Source: a virus (Duplodnaviria > Caudoviricetes). Taken from it: DNA of 64,000 bases. Shown here one piece after another: positions 19,162 through 28,363 of the stretch; position 1 is the first letter of the stretch, and every line of letters starts with the position of its first letter. Both the position numbers and the translations under genes were made by a program. Location: positions 1 through 64,000 of IMG/VR virus record IMGVR_UViG_3300011890_000001. One strand, written 5' to 3'. The notes under the pieces were generated by a model. That model saw only the letters and a list, made by a program, of their open reading frames with translations. It was not told the DNA's origin and searched no databases.

Positions 19162-19617
19162 ATGATCATTTACGACGGGCCGGGCGACCTGTTTAATCAA
19201 CGGGTCGAAACCATTGTCTGTAGCATCAACACCATTGGTGCTATGGGTAAGGGTATTGCATTGCGGTTCAAGAACGAAGTTCCTGGACTGTATGACTACT
19301 ACCGTTCTATCTACAACGATACACCTCCAGACTACCCCAGCAAAAACCGACTTGAGGTCTTTACCTGTAACTTCCGAAAGAAGGTATTGTTGTTCCCCAC
19401 CAAGACGACTTGGCGTGAACCGTCCAAGTTGGACTTGATCGAGGAAAATCTGGCCAAGCTGGCAGCGGAGTATGAGTCCATGGGAATTCGTTCCCTAGCC
19501 ATGCCGTTGATCGGTTGTGGTTTTCAAACCGGCCAGTTGGACTGGAGAGACGTTGGGAAGTTGGTCTACGAGTATTTGGACCCGCTCCCGTTGCCCGTCT
19601 CGATCGTTTCAGGTTGA
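19162..19617 (+). CDS. stand-alone macrodomain (DarG-like ADP-ribose hydrolase)
   Basis: INTIGAMGKGIA, FPTK..WR.PS, SLAMPLIGCG..GQLDW. Confidence 0.88.
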   Translation: MIIYDGPGDLFNQRVETIVCSINTIGAMGKGIALRFKNEVPGLYDYYRSIYNDTPPDYPSKNRLEVFTCNFRKKVLLFPTKTTWREPSKLDLIEENLAKLAAEYESMGIRSLAMPLIGCGFQTGQLDWRDVGKLVYEYLDPLPLPVSIVSG

Positions 19618-19657
19618 CAGCATAAAGACCCCTCCCGCTTGGGAGGGGTTTATGTCG
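19618..19657 (+). terminator. intrinsic terminator
   Basis: CATAAAGACCCCTCCC-GCTT-GGGAGGGGTTTATG. Confidence 0.85.
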
Positions 19658-19660
19658 CCC

Positions 19661-19742
19661 TATTTAAAAAAGCTTCGCAACCATATAATCGCATCGATGG
19701 ACTAACACCAACGTTAGTACGCGTCCTCTGTCAAACAAAGGA
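19661..19742 (+). promoter_or_regulatory. early-type promoter (CAACCATATAAT), leader hairpin and TGTCAAACAAAGGA box
   Basis: Matches the motifs at 37021-37101 and 59111-59182. Confidence 0.7.
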
Positions 19743-19750
19743 AAACGATT

Positions 19751-20203
19751 ATGTACGACAACGAAACCCTGGTCCGCAAGGCCGTGACTGTCGCCACCAA
19801 GGCAAATGGCATCATGGCCGATATGAATTCGGCAATGGCCGATATTTCGCAACGCGTCATGGCAGTCGACCACGATCCAATGATCCGTACGAAAATGGCA
19901 CTGGTCTGCGCGAGCTGGGCCGATGTCGCCGCCGCCGTGGCAAAGACAGCCTATGAGTTGGACGATGTCTACCTCATCTCCTTGAAGGAATATCCGGCAG
20001 TCGCACCGGCCATCCTGCAGATTGCGGCTGAACTCCACGTCAAGTTGGAGAGTTTGGCGGCAGAACCGATCAAGATCATTCACGATCTGGAAAAGCGTGG
20101 TCTCACCGGTCCGGGTGGTGAGCGCCTGCGCAGTTGGGTCTTTGAATCTATCAAAGAGGAGAACCAGACGTCCTTTGGCCGCTTGATCTACGCCGTCAGC
20201 TGA
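19751..20203 (+). CDS. hypothetical early protein
   Basis: AAGGA RBS within the conserved box. Confidence 0.75.
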   Translation: MYDNETLVRKAVTVATKANGIMADMNSAMADISQRVMAVDHDPMIRTKMALVCASWADVAAAVAKTAYELDDVYLISLKEYPAVAPAILQIAAELHVKLESLAAEPIKIIHDLEKRGLTGPGGERLRSWVFESIKEENQTSFGRLIYAVS

Positions 20204-20263
20204 GTTTAAACAATCCAAGGGGCAGTCGCGGTGACTGTCCCGCTCTACCTCAAAGGTAAGTAA

Positions 20264-20677
20264 ATGAAAGAACAAGACCCGACGACCATCCTGATGGACA
20301 TCTCCAATCGTATCCACGCCAAGTTCAAGTCCCTACTGCCGGACCTGGAACTCACCGACGAGTTCGCCAGAATGTTGGTTGCGTCCGCGGCTTATTCCGG
20401 CTACGTTCTCAATCTGCCTGCGCCCGGCCCGGACGTTGGTTGTGCCGACGACCTGGCGCGGATTACCCTGATGCTTTCCGCAGCGTCCCTCCTAAAGGCG
20501 CGACACAAATGTCAGCAACGTGTACTGCAGGTTTATGGTCAGGAAAAGGTTTACGTTTTCCTCGACTCGGTCCACATCCCACCGCCCGCTGAGGTCACTC
20601 TCGAAATGCTCCAAGACCTGACAAAGGACTGGAACTATACCCCCGCACCCATGAACAATGGCCAGACCATTCACTAA
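20264..20677 (+). CDS. hypothetical protein
   Basis: AAGG RBS; operon context. Confidence 0.7.
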   Translation: MKEQDPTTILMDISNRIHAKFKSLLPDLELTDEFARMLVASAAYSGYVLNLPAPGPDVGCADDLARITLMLSAASLLKARHKCQQRVLQVYGQEKVYVFLDSVHIPPPAEVTLEMLQDLTKDWNYTPAPMNNGQTIH

Positions 20678-21120
20678 TGAGGACTTTAAAGATGGTAACA
20701 CTACAGGACGATCACAGTACCGATGCCATCCGTGCGGTGGTCCAGAACATCGATGTTCTGGAAAAGACAGCCGACCGTTGGGTGGAGATCATCCATAATC
20801 AGACCGAAGAAGAATGCCTGGAGACAATGAAGGAAGTCTTCGGCGTCATCGAGCAGCTGAATCACAATTCAGTACTGCTGACGGCCCATTCCACCAAGCT
20901 GACCGACATGGCCTCTGTCATTGCGTACCATACGCTGATTCGTGGTCAGTCACAGCTGGTGATGAAGCTGTATGACGCTTTGGAAGGTCTTTCCGAGCGC
21001 CTGGAATCTCGCCGCATCGTGCTGTCGTTGCAAGTCTACAACGATACGCTCTCACGTTACCGCCGCTACCAGACCACCAAGGAAGGTACTCGCGACCTTG
21101 GTCCCGTCTTCGCCAGTTAA
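20677..21120 (+). CDS. hypothetical helical protein
   Basis: TAATG coupling to the upstream gene. Confidence 0.7.
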   Translation: MRTLKMVTLQDDHSTDAIRAVVQNIDVLEKTADRWVEIIHNQTEEECLETMKEVFGVIEQLNHNSVLLTAHSTKLTDMASVIAYHTLIRGQSQLVMKLYDALEGLSERLESRRIVLSLQVYNDTLSRYRRYQTTKEGTRDLGPVFAS

Positions 21121-21130
21121 GGAAAACAAC

Positions 21131-21625
21131 ATGGTTCACATTACCGACCAACGCTACGACGGCTATGGTCCTAAGGGCGGTCCGATCATCTCCGAACAGC
21201 CGGCGGCAAAAGCCGCCCTTAATGTACTCCAGTACCAACTTGCCTACGGCGGTCGGGTAAAGGAAATCAAGTCGGATTCGGTTCTGATCCACACCTCGGT
21301 GATGGGTGACCGTGATGAGATCCTCTACGCTGGCGATGTCGATGCGATCAAGCGCGTCTGTCATTATTGGAAACTGACCGCGGGTCTGGTTGCCCCCAGT
21401 GAAGACGTGAGTGACCTTCCGGTGGTGATGCAGGAAATTGCAAAGCTGCTCATCGCCGGCAAACCTCGTTTGCGCTGTGCGGTAACAATGATGTTGCTCA
21501 GTGAAATTGCCGATCTGAAACCCGAGGCCGTGGAACGCACCAACATTGGCGATCTGATGTCACTGCTTGAACTTCACCTGGAAAAGCCGCTGTCGTTGTC
21601 CCAGTGGTCTGAGCTGACTGCCTGA
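21131..21625 (+). CDS. hypothetical protein
   Basis: AAGGA RBS before MVHITD; terminator follows. Confidence 0.72.
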   Translation: MVHITDQRYDGYGPKGGPIISEQPAAKAALNVLQYQLAYGGRVKEIKSDSVLIHTSVMGDRDEILYAGDVDAIKRVCHYWKLTAGLVAPSEDVSDLPVVMQEIAKLLIAGKPRLRCAVTMMLLSEIADLKPEAVERTNIGDLMSLLELHLEKPLSLSQWSELTA

Positions 21626-21670
21626 CGGCATAAGCCCTCCTCCCCGCTAGCGGGGAGGAGGGCGTTATGT
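21626..21670. terminator. bidirectional terminator
   Basis: GCATAAGCCCTCCTCCCCGC-TA-GCGGGGAGGAGGGCGTTATG, followed by a T-run. Confidence 0.88.
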
Positions 21671-21687
21671 TGTTTCTTTTTTTTTTC

Positions 21688-24600
21688 TTAGTCCGTGTGA
21701 CGCACGTAGGCGATATCGATGTCGTCCTCTACCGAGATCGTGCCGTCTGCTCCAGCCACTGCCTTCTTACGAACAGACAGTCGTGCGGAGTTATCCAGCA
21801 AGGTCACGGTATCGTACGGAGTCGAACCACCCAGCCCGGTCACAGAGACACCGATGGCATCGCCCATAACGCTCTCGCGCATGGCGGCAACGATATCGGA
21901 CATGGAGACCGTGGCTGACTGGAGCGCGTCGTTGATGACGCGTGCCGCTGCGTCCTTCAGTGCTGTGCGCAGAGCCGCGTCGCTGTAAGCCGAGCCGTTC
22001 ATGTAGAACGTCACAGCAAACCGCTGAGGTGCGCTCATGTAAACCTGACGACCCTCCAGCACGCGAACTGCCACGTTACCCATCGAAGACTTCGGATAGA
22101 AGTACAGGCGGGTTTTCTCCAGCAACTGACTCTGGACGGACGCTACGTCGTTCTCCAACCAACCGACAATGACACCAGCCATCTCTTCTCGATAGGCGGT
22201 AGTCACTGCGTCGTCAGCGAACCAGTAGATGCCGTCCACCATAAACAGATCGATCTGTCGAACCATCTGTCGGGTGTTGCGGATGATGGGCTGACCGTCC
22301 GAATCCAACTTCACGTCACCAGCGTAGTGCTTGATGACCGGCGCGCCCAGATCGTCCAGTACGGGATCGCCGATTTCGTGGAGCACCAGGAAACGCACCT
22401 GACCGTTCTCGATGACGTACTTCTTCGCACCGGTGACCGGATCCACTTCGTAGACGGTCTGAGTGTAAAGAGCAGGTACGTTGTCCAGCCAACGCTCATA
22501 GTCGTTGGGGCCTGCCACCGAACGTGACGAAGACCACATCCCTTCCAGCGACTTACCCAGAACAACGTCCAGGGTTTCGTGCGTGATACCGATGGCGTCC
22601 ACAGGCAGGATGTTCCTACCCATATTGTCGTCCACCGCCGACGGTTCAAAGTCCTCAATGATCAGCCCGTTGGCGCAGAAGAACACGTCAAAGGTCGAGG
22701 CCAGCGGGCACGGATAGCGCGGTGCCGGATCGTTGAACATCTGGAACGAATCCACCATGAGGTTGTGGTTTCGATCCAGGTCGTAGTCGGTATTGATCAG
22801 GAAGGTGTAGATGCGCTCGCCAGATTCAGTGAAACCAGCCAGCGTACCGTTCTGGTAGGCGCGGTCGCGCTCACCGTACGGGGTAAACGCCAACTGACAA
22901 TACACCTGACTGTCCAGCAGATTCTTCCAGGTGGTACCAGAACGCGCAACGATAGTAACCAGATACCCTTGCGGTACCCGACGGATCTGGTAGGACTGCA
23001 CGGCAACCGACATCAGTGCCTTGGGGTTCTGTTCCACAAAACCCTTGGTCTGGATATACGGCGAGTCCAGGTAGTACGGACGATGGTCAAAACGCTCATC
23101 GTTCATATCCAGCACGTAGTGGAACGGACTGTAGAGGTATTCGGCCGCGTTGATGCGGCGTGCTCGGACATCCACCGGCAGTGCGTTGATGCTGTCAACG
23201 ACAGCTTGCGGCACCACAGCCAGTGTACCGTTGATGTTCTGGTAGAGGGTATCGGGCAGAATCGTGATGCGCTGACCATTGTCCCGTACGGTCGGATAGT
23301 CACTCAGACGCGCCATGGATTCGTTGAGCGTCATCATCGTACAGCCGGCACCAGAGATCGTGGAACCGTCAACCGGCGGGGGCAGTGCTCGAGTAGCCAG
23401 GAACTGACGCTGCGTGACGTTATCCACGTCCAACACCATCTCATAGCCCATGTCCGCCAACCGCGTACCGATGTTGATACTGGTGATCGGTACGTTGGCC
23501 TTACCGAGAGAGTTGGTGATCACACGCTGACGCAGATCAGCAAACGACAACGGCTCACGACCGCCAGATACCTTGTCGTCGGAGAAGACAGAGTAGGTGG
23601 CAATCTTGTTCAGAGCAGCACCGTACTGATCCAGGTTGCGGTTGTTCAGGTCGCGCCACGACGCGGTGAACTGTCCTGCCGTGTAGTCACCCAAGTCCAG
23701 ATCGATGGGACCTTCAGTGGTGTAGATGTCCAGGCGCAGTTCAGTGCGCACCATCCCGTTGGTGGTGTAGATCAACGGAATGCCAAAGTCCAGGATGTTG
23801 TTGCGAACCTTGAGCGTGGCTGTCACAACCGTGGGGTCGTAGACCTGGTCGGTGTGAGTGGTGCGAATCTCACGCCAGTTACCCTGAGCGTCTGCCAGAA
23901 AAGCACGGGCGTAATGGAACTTACCGCTGAAGGAGAAGCTCTGCGAGACCATCTGCGATTGGTTGGTGGAGATGAACTGTGACTGCACCGCCAACTGATG
24001 AACTGGCAAATACATCATCAAGAACTCCACGTCGTCCAGTCGACGGGTTTCCGTGCGTACCACGTTGGTGGACAGTGACTGGATTGGAGAGCTGACGGAG
24101 TTGTCGTAAGTGACGGACAAACCGCCGTGCGGCATGATGCGGATGTTCACCGGGTACTGCATGGTGAAAGAAATGCCCGCCACACGAATGGTGCTGTTGG
24201 CGGGTAGCGTCATGCGACGCACGCCGCTGTTGTTCGACTCTTCCACCGCGTGCTGGTAGATATCGTCCAACCCCAGACCAACTACGAAAGTAGCCGTGGC
24301 AGGTTGGGCGAAGCGGTTGGCGTAGTCCTCACCCGACATATGCAGGTAGAGGTCGTCTTCGTCCTTAGCCATTGAGGGATACAGACGACGTACCGTTGCG
24401 TCCATCTCTTCAGACAGGGCGGTCACGTTGACGGCGGTGGTTTCCAACAGCGCCATAAACGGAGACACTGGAGAAGCAATGTCGATCTCACCCTTGTAAT
24501 AGGATTCGAGCTGATCCAGAGAAGCCGACACGATCAAAGAAGGGTTTGCGATATACCGGCGCGTATGATCTACCCACGGGCGAATTTTGGCTGCGGTCAT
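21688..24600 (-). CDS. baseplate wedge protein (T4 gp6-like, phiKZ gp87-like)
   Basis: 970 aa; PATATF, TTEG and SGGREP.SF..LR motifs typical of gp6/baseplate-J proteins; synteny. Confidence 0.75.
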   Translation of the reverse strand: MTAAKIRPWVDHTRRYIANPSLIVSASLDQLESYYKGEIDIASPVSPFMALLETTAVNVTALSEEMDATVRRLYPSMAKDEDDLYLHMSGEDYANRFAQPATATFVVGLGLDDIYQHAVEESNNSGVRRMTLPANSTIRVAGISFTMQYPVNIRIMPHGGLSVTYDNSVSSPIQSLSTNVVRTETRRLDDVEFLMMYLPVHQLAVQSQFISTNQSQMVSQSFSFSGKFHYARAFLADAQGNWREIRTTHTDQVYDPTVVTATLKVRNNILDFGIPLIYTTNGMVRTELRLDIYTTEGPIDLDLGDYTAGQFTASWRDLNNRNLDQYGAALNKIATYSVFSDDKVSGGREPLSFADLRQRVITNSLGKANVPITSINIGTRLADMGYEMVLDVDNVTQRQFLATRALPPPVDGSTISGAGCTMMTLNESMARLSDYPTVRDNGQRITILPDTLYQNINGTLAVVPQAVVDSINALPVDVRARRINAAEYLYSPFHYVLDMNDERFDHRPYYLDSPYIQTKGFVEQNPKALMSVAVQSYQIRRVPQGYLVTIVARSGTTWKNLLDSQVYCQLAFTPYGERDRAYQNGTLAGFTESGERIYTFLINTDYDLDRNHNLMVDSFQMFNDPAPRYPCPLASTFDVFFCANGLIIEDFEPSAVDDNMGRNILPVDAIGITHETLDVVLGKSLEGMWSSSRSVAGPNDYERWLDNVPALYTQTVYEVDPVTGAKKYVIENGQVRFLVLHEIGDPVLDDLGAPVIKHYAGDVKLDSDGQPIIRNTRQMVRQIDLFMVDGIYWFADDAVTTAYREEMAGVIVGWLENDVASVQSQLLEKTRLYFYPKSSMGNVAVRVLEGRQVYMSAPQRFAVTFYMNGSAYSDAALRTALKDAAARVINDALQSATVSMSDIVAAMRESVMGDAIGVSVTGLGGSTPYDTVTLLDNSARLSVRKKAVAGADGTISVEDDIDIAYVRHTD

Positions 24601-24616
24601 GAAAGTTACCTAAAGG

Positions 24617-25732
24617 TTACGGAGTAGGGACGTAATTGGCGATCGGGGCCGGCGGTACCCAATTACCAATACGGCTGCGGGTATCGGCAGTGATAGAGAT
24701 ACGCTGGTTGTAACGATCAAGGAATTCCCACCACTCAAGTTCATTGGTTTCGATGTTGATGCGCGGATAACCGTAATAGTTCTCCACGTTGAGATCTTCC
24801 GGCGGAATCTTGATCATCCGGTTTTCACGAATGCCATCAACCATGGAATCGTTGAACATGCAGACGGTGTCATTGAATTCTTGAATCAGGATAGGGTCCT
24901 GATACATTGCACCAAAGCACTTGAACGGAATGGAGATCTGTTGTGCACGGCCTTGTTCAAAAGGTGCTTCGGTGTTGAAATCAAATGCTTGTCCGAGAGC
25001 TGACGAGTAAGGGAAAGCGGCGCCGCATGCTGCAATCTTTTGGACATAGCGTTTGGAGGGATCAAGTACCAGTCGATAGATGCGCGTTTGGTAATCAACT
25101 TCGCGCAGCATTTCCGAGTCAGGGTATGGTAGCATGCGCCCTTGATATACCATGGACATGTAGACCAACCAGACCTGGAACATCAGTGAGATCGGGTCAC
25201 CTGCAATGTTGCGAAAGTTGGCCGTGAGATCGAATGAGGAGTAGATGGAATCGATACCATCGGTCATACCCCAAGTCTCTTTCGCCATACCCGCCTTAGC
25301 TTCGAAAGTTTCAGCAATCGGATCGACCCAACCGCTCAGAGAAACAAGGTGGTTGGTGAGCAGCGGAATAAACGCCATGTACGGATCGACCAGTGCGTCC
25401 ACTGCGGGGTTCTGTCCCAGGATTGCGCGGTGCAATTCTGGATCCAACCAATAGCGGATAACAGCACCATAGTGCGCGCGACTAGCCGCGTTGTTAGCCG
25501 CCAAGATAGAAAGACGTCGATCTGCAGACAAGTTATTGTATGACAGATTCATGCGCGGCCGCGTAAAGAAGGTCAGGCCCTGTAGGTCTTGGTTATACGG
25601 AACGGGATTACCGACTACTCGATGGTTGATACCAACGAGGGAGTCGGCCATTGCCGATGACACACTACCTAGGCCTGCGCCTTGTGAAATGTAGTCTAGC
25701 AGATCATCATAACTTTCGTTATAGTCACTCAT
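24617..25732 (-). CDS. tail/baseplate structural protein (phiKZ gp88-like)
   Basis: FFTRPRMNL, DYQTRIYRLVLD, GAAFP; synteny. Confidence 0.7.
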   Translation of the reverse strand: MSDYNESYDDLLDYISQGAGLGSVSSAMADSLVGINHRVVGNPVPYNQDLQGLTFFTRPRMNLSYNNLSADRRLSILAANNAASRAHYGAVIRYWLDPELHRAILGQNPAVDALVDPYMAFIPLLTNHLVSLSGWVDPIAETFEAKAGMAKETWGMTDGIDSIYSSFDLTANFRNIAGDPISLMFQVWLVYMSMVYQGRMLPYPDSEMLREVDYQTRIYRLVLDPSKRYVQKIAACGAAFPYSSALGQAFDFNTEAPFEQGRAQQISIPFKCFGAMYQDPILIQEFNDTVCMFNDSMVDGIRENRMIKIPPEDLNVENYYGYPRINIETNELEWWEFLDRYNQRISITADTRSRIGNWVPPAPIANYVPTP

Positions 25733-25765
25733 TTTTTTAACAACTCCTCTCTAAAGGAAAAAGTC

Positions 25766-26884
25766 ATGATCACCACCCTTGGGGCGAAAGCGGTCGGCAT
25801 GGGCGCATTGGCCGCCATTGCAAAAATCGTCAAGACGACGTCGACGATGAAGTCCAATCAGTCGCTGGCGGAATTCACTGGCGTGCTGCGCGTGGAACCG
25901 ATCACCATGATCGACGACCGACTGAAGAACGTCGAGTACATGCCCGACATCCTCCAGTCGCTACTGAATCTGTTCAGTGTCTATTATCTGCAGGCTGTCA
26001 GCTGCATGACCAATGTCGGCGACATCAACGTCATGCGTATGCTCGACTCGCTCAATCCGGTGCGCGACGGGGCAATGGCCACTGGTTCTCTGGTGGATGC
26101 CATCAACGGTCGCAACACTCGCGGTGTCGGCATGCTGAGTATGGAAATGTTCCCGGGCGTCAATCCGGCACATACTGACATGCGCGGTTCACTGGGTAGC
26201 GGTTACGGTTCGCCTGATCAGGAAAAGAACCTGAAGGCCGCCACCGAACTCAACAACATGGCCGTCGGCAAACTGCTGAACGTCTCCATCGGTAATGGCG
26301 AGCAGACGACTAAGGTTCCGGTGCAGGTGCGCCTGGCCACCCTGGGCGTTGACACTGATGTCATGGTTCATATCTTGGGTGGTTCTGGCGGCGACAATTC
26401 CGTCAACAACCGTATCGCCCGCTGGAAAGCCGGCGAACTGAAGCTCATTTCCGATATCGTCCTGTGTAAGGACATGATTGCTGAACAGCGTCGTCTGATG
26501 CTGAAGGACAAGTCGGGCGCCATGTCCGAGATCAATCGCCGCCGCGCAGCGAACACTGCCGCCGCTTGGTCTTCGGGCACCCCGTCCGTTGCTGCCGCTT
26601 CGGGTATCTCTGTGATCCATAGCGACACCGCCAAGGATCTGGAGCGTCACGCCTTTGGTCGCTTCAGTGATTCGAAGTGGCGCAAGGAACTGATGGCCAA
26701 TTCGGCTGGCATGATCGTGGCCGTGGTCGACACCGACTACGAAACCATCACCATCTATACCGCCGGCATTGAACTGCCGACCAAGGTCGGTGTGCGCCAG
26801 ATCAAGCAGAGCAACAAGAGCGGCGGCCCTGACCTGACCGAAATGTTCAAGATGATGAGCATGGGCCGTCCGGCCATCTACTAA
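25766..26884 (+). CDS. internal head/inner-body protein (phiKZ gp89-like)
   Basis: RVEPI.MID, LSME site, VGKLLNV; divergent from the gp88-like gene. Confidence 0.7.
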   Translation: MITTLGAKAVGMGALAAIAKIVKTTSTMKSNQSLAEFTGVLRVEPITMIDDRLKNVEYMPDILQSLLNLFSVYYLQAVSCMTNVGDINVMRMLDSLNPVRDGAMATGSLVDAINGRNTRGVGMLSMEMFPGVNPAHTDMRGSLGSGYGSPDQEKNLKAATELNNMAVGKLLNVSIGNGEQTTKVPVQVRLATLGVDTDVMVHILGGSGGDNSVNNRIARWKAGELKLISDIVLCKDMIAEQRRLMLKDKSGAMSEINRRRAANTAAAWSSGTPSVAAASGISVIHSDTAKDLERHAFGRFSDSKWRKELMANSAGMIVAVVDTDYETITIYTAGIELPTKVGVRQIKQSNKSGGPDLTEMFKMMSMGRPAIY

Positions 26885-26909
26885 TCGATCACTGGAGCCA
26901 AAGAAACAA

Positions 26910-27812
26910 ATGAACATCAAAAACTTCCTGTCGAAGATGCTCCCGCATCTCGACCGCAATCGCATCACCCAGGATATCGACACTCAGATCATCACCTATG
27001 AGGCCGTTCTCCAAACTGGTATCTCGGGTCTGACTGCTCGCCTGCCGGGTAAGAAGTTCAACAGCCATCTGGGTAAGGTCACTCAGGCACTGTTCGAGAC
27101 CAAGACCAAAAACAACCAGAGTCACGTCGCCTACATCGGCGATGCCGTGAACTCGGCTCTCGCCAACCTGGCCGCGATCGAGAAGATCCTCCCGGATATC
27201 TTTGCTCGCGACGTTGCTCGCGACGCAATGACCTTCAAGAAGGCCACTGTCCTACAGTACCTGTCGATCTCCCGCTTTGCCAGCGATTACGCCATCCGTT
27301 ATCTGGATGCCCTGATCGGCGCTGAAGCCGCTGCCCTGACTGGCACTGAAGCCGCCTACGTCGAAGGGATGCTGGAGATCGAACGCAAGTACCTGGACGA
27401 AGAGCGTCACGCTTTCTTCTCGGCCCTGCAGCTGATCTCCACCCCGGCCTCGGTGCTGGTGCAGAAGATCACCGATATGGAAGATCTGGCTGCCAGCCAG
27501 GACAAGATCAACGTGATCATCCAGACCTCCGGTGTGGATGCCGTGGATCCGCTGCGCGTGAACCTGATGGGCGCGAGTGCTACCGCCAACCCGTTCTACC
27601 AGATTGGTGCCGCACTGGCCAGCTGGCAGGTCGCTACTCATAACCGCAACAAGGAAACGGTCAAGGCCCTGCAGCTGAAGCTGCTGGCGCTACGTGACGC
27701 ACAGGCACGCAAGACCGACCCGCGCCTGGAGCAGCAGATCGAATCGACCACCGTCCGCATTCGTGAACTGAGCCAGTCCATCGCTGAGATGGAATCGCGT
27801 AACGGTCGTTAA
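26910..27812 (+). CDS. internal head/inner-body protein (phiKZ gp90-like)
   Basis: DPL...NPFY motif and C-terminal coiled coil; synteny. Confidence 0.7.
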   Translation: MNIKNFLSKMLPHLDRNRITQDIDTQIITYEAVLQTGISGLTARLPGKKFNSHLGKVTQALFETKTKNNQSHVAYIGDAVNSALANLAAIEKILPDIFARDVARDAMTFKKATVLQYLSISRFASDYAIRYLDALIGAEAAALTGTEAAYVEGMLEIERKYLDEERHAFFSALQLISTPASVLVQKITDMEDLAASQDKINVIIQTSGVDAVDPLRVNLMGASATANPFYQIGAALASWQVATHNRNKETVKALQLKLLALRDAQARKTDPRLEQQIESTTVRIRELSQSIAEMESRNGR

Positions 27813-27823
27813 GGAGGTCTACG

Positions 27824-28327
27824 ATGAGCGTCATCCTCTACCCACGACTCTTTACGAGCCGTCATCGGGCGGGCGATAACGTAGTGGTCTCCAGCGGCGA
27901 TGAGACTGTCGAACTGCTCTACCATGCGTGGTTCGACAAGTCCGTCAATAACACCGGTTGGATCTATTACCGCAAGGTGTTGGAAGCAGCTATCCGTGTT
28001 TTTGGAAACATGGATCAGTGGTTCCATGAACAGCTCTCCAACACTGCGCTACCGTCTCGCAATCGCGCCTTTATCATTGACACTCTCGATTATCTGGAAA
28101 CCGGTAAGCGCGAACTGTCCGTCCAGCTTTGGCTGGACCTGATTGATGAAGGTGGCGATCTTTACAATGCCGATCGTGTCAGCGCCATCCTGTTGAAAAA
28201 CCCCAAGATTCAGAAGACCGACGTCCACAGTGCACGTCGTCTGCATTCTTGGGTGTCAAAGCCCAATGGTATGGAAGACCTGATCACGTCGATGCATTTG
28301 CTGTTTGGCAAAGCACGCGCTTCCTAA
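27824..28327 (+). CDS. conserved structural-module protein (phiKZ gp91 position)
   Basis: TAAGGAGGT RBS; synteny. Confidence 0.72.
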   Translation: MSVILYPRLFTSRHRAGDNVVVSSGDETVELLYHAWFDKSVNNTGWIYYRKVLEAAIRVFGNMDQWFHEQLSNTALPSRNRAFIIDTLDYLETGKRELSVQLWLDLIDEGGDLYNADRVSAILLKNPKIQKTDVHSARRLHSWVSKPNGMEDLITSMHLLFGKARAS

Positions 28328-28363
28328 AAGTGCACACTTTTTTTACTCCGGAGTAATTGAACA

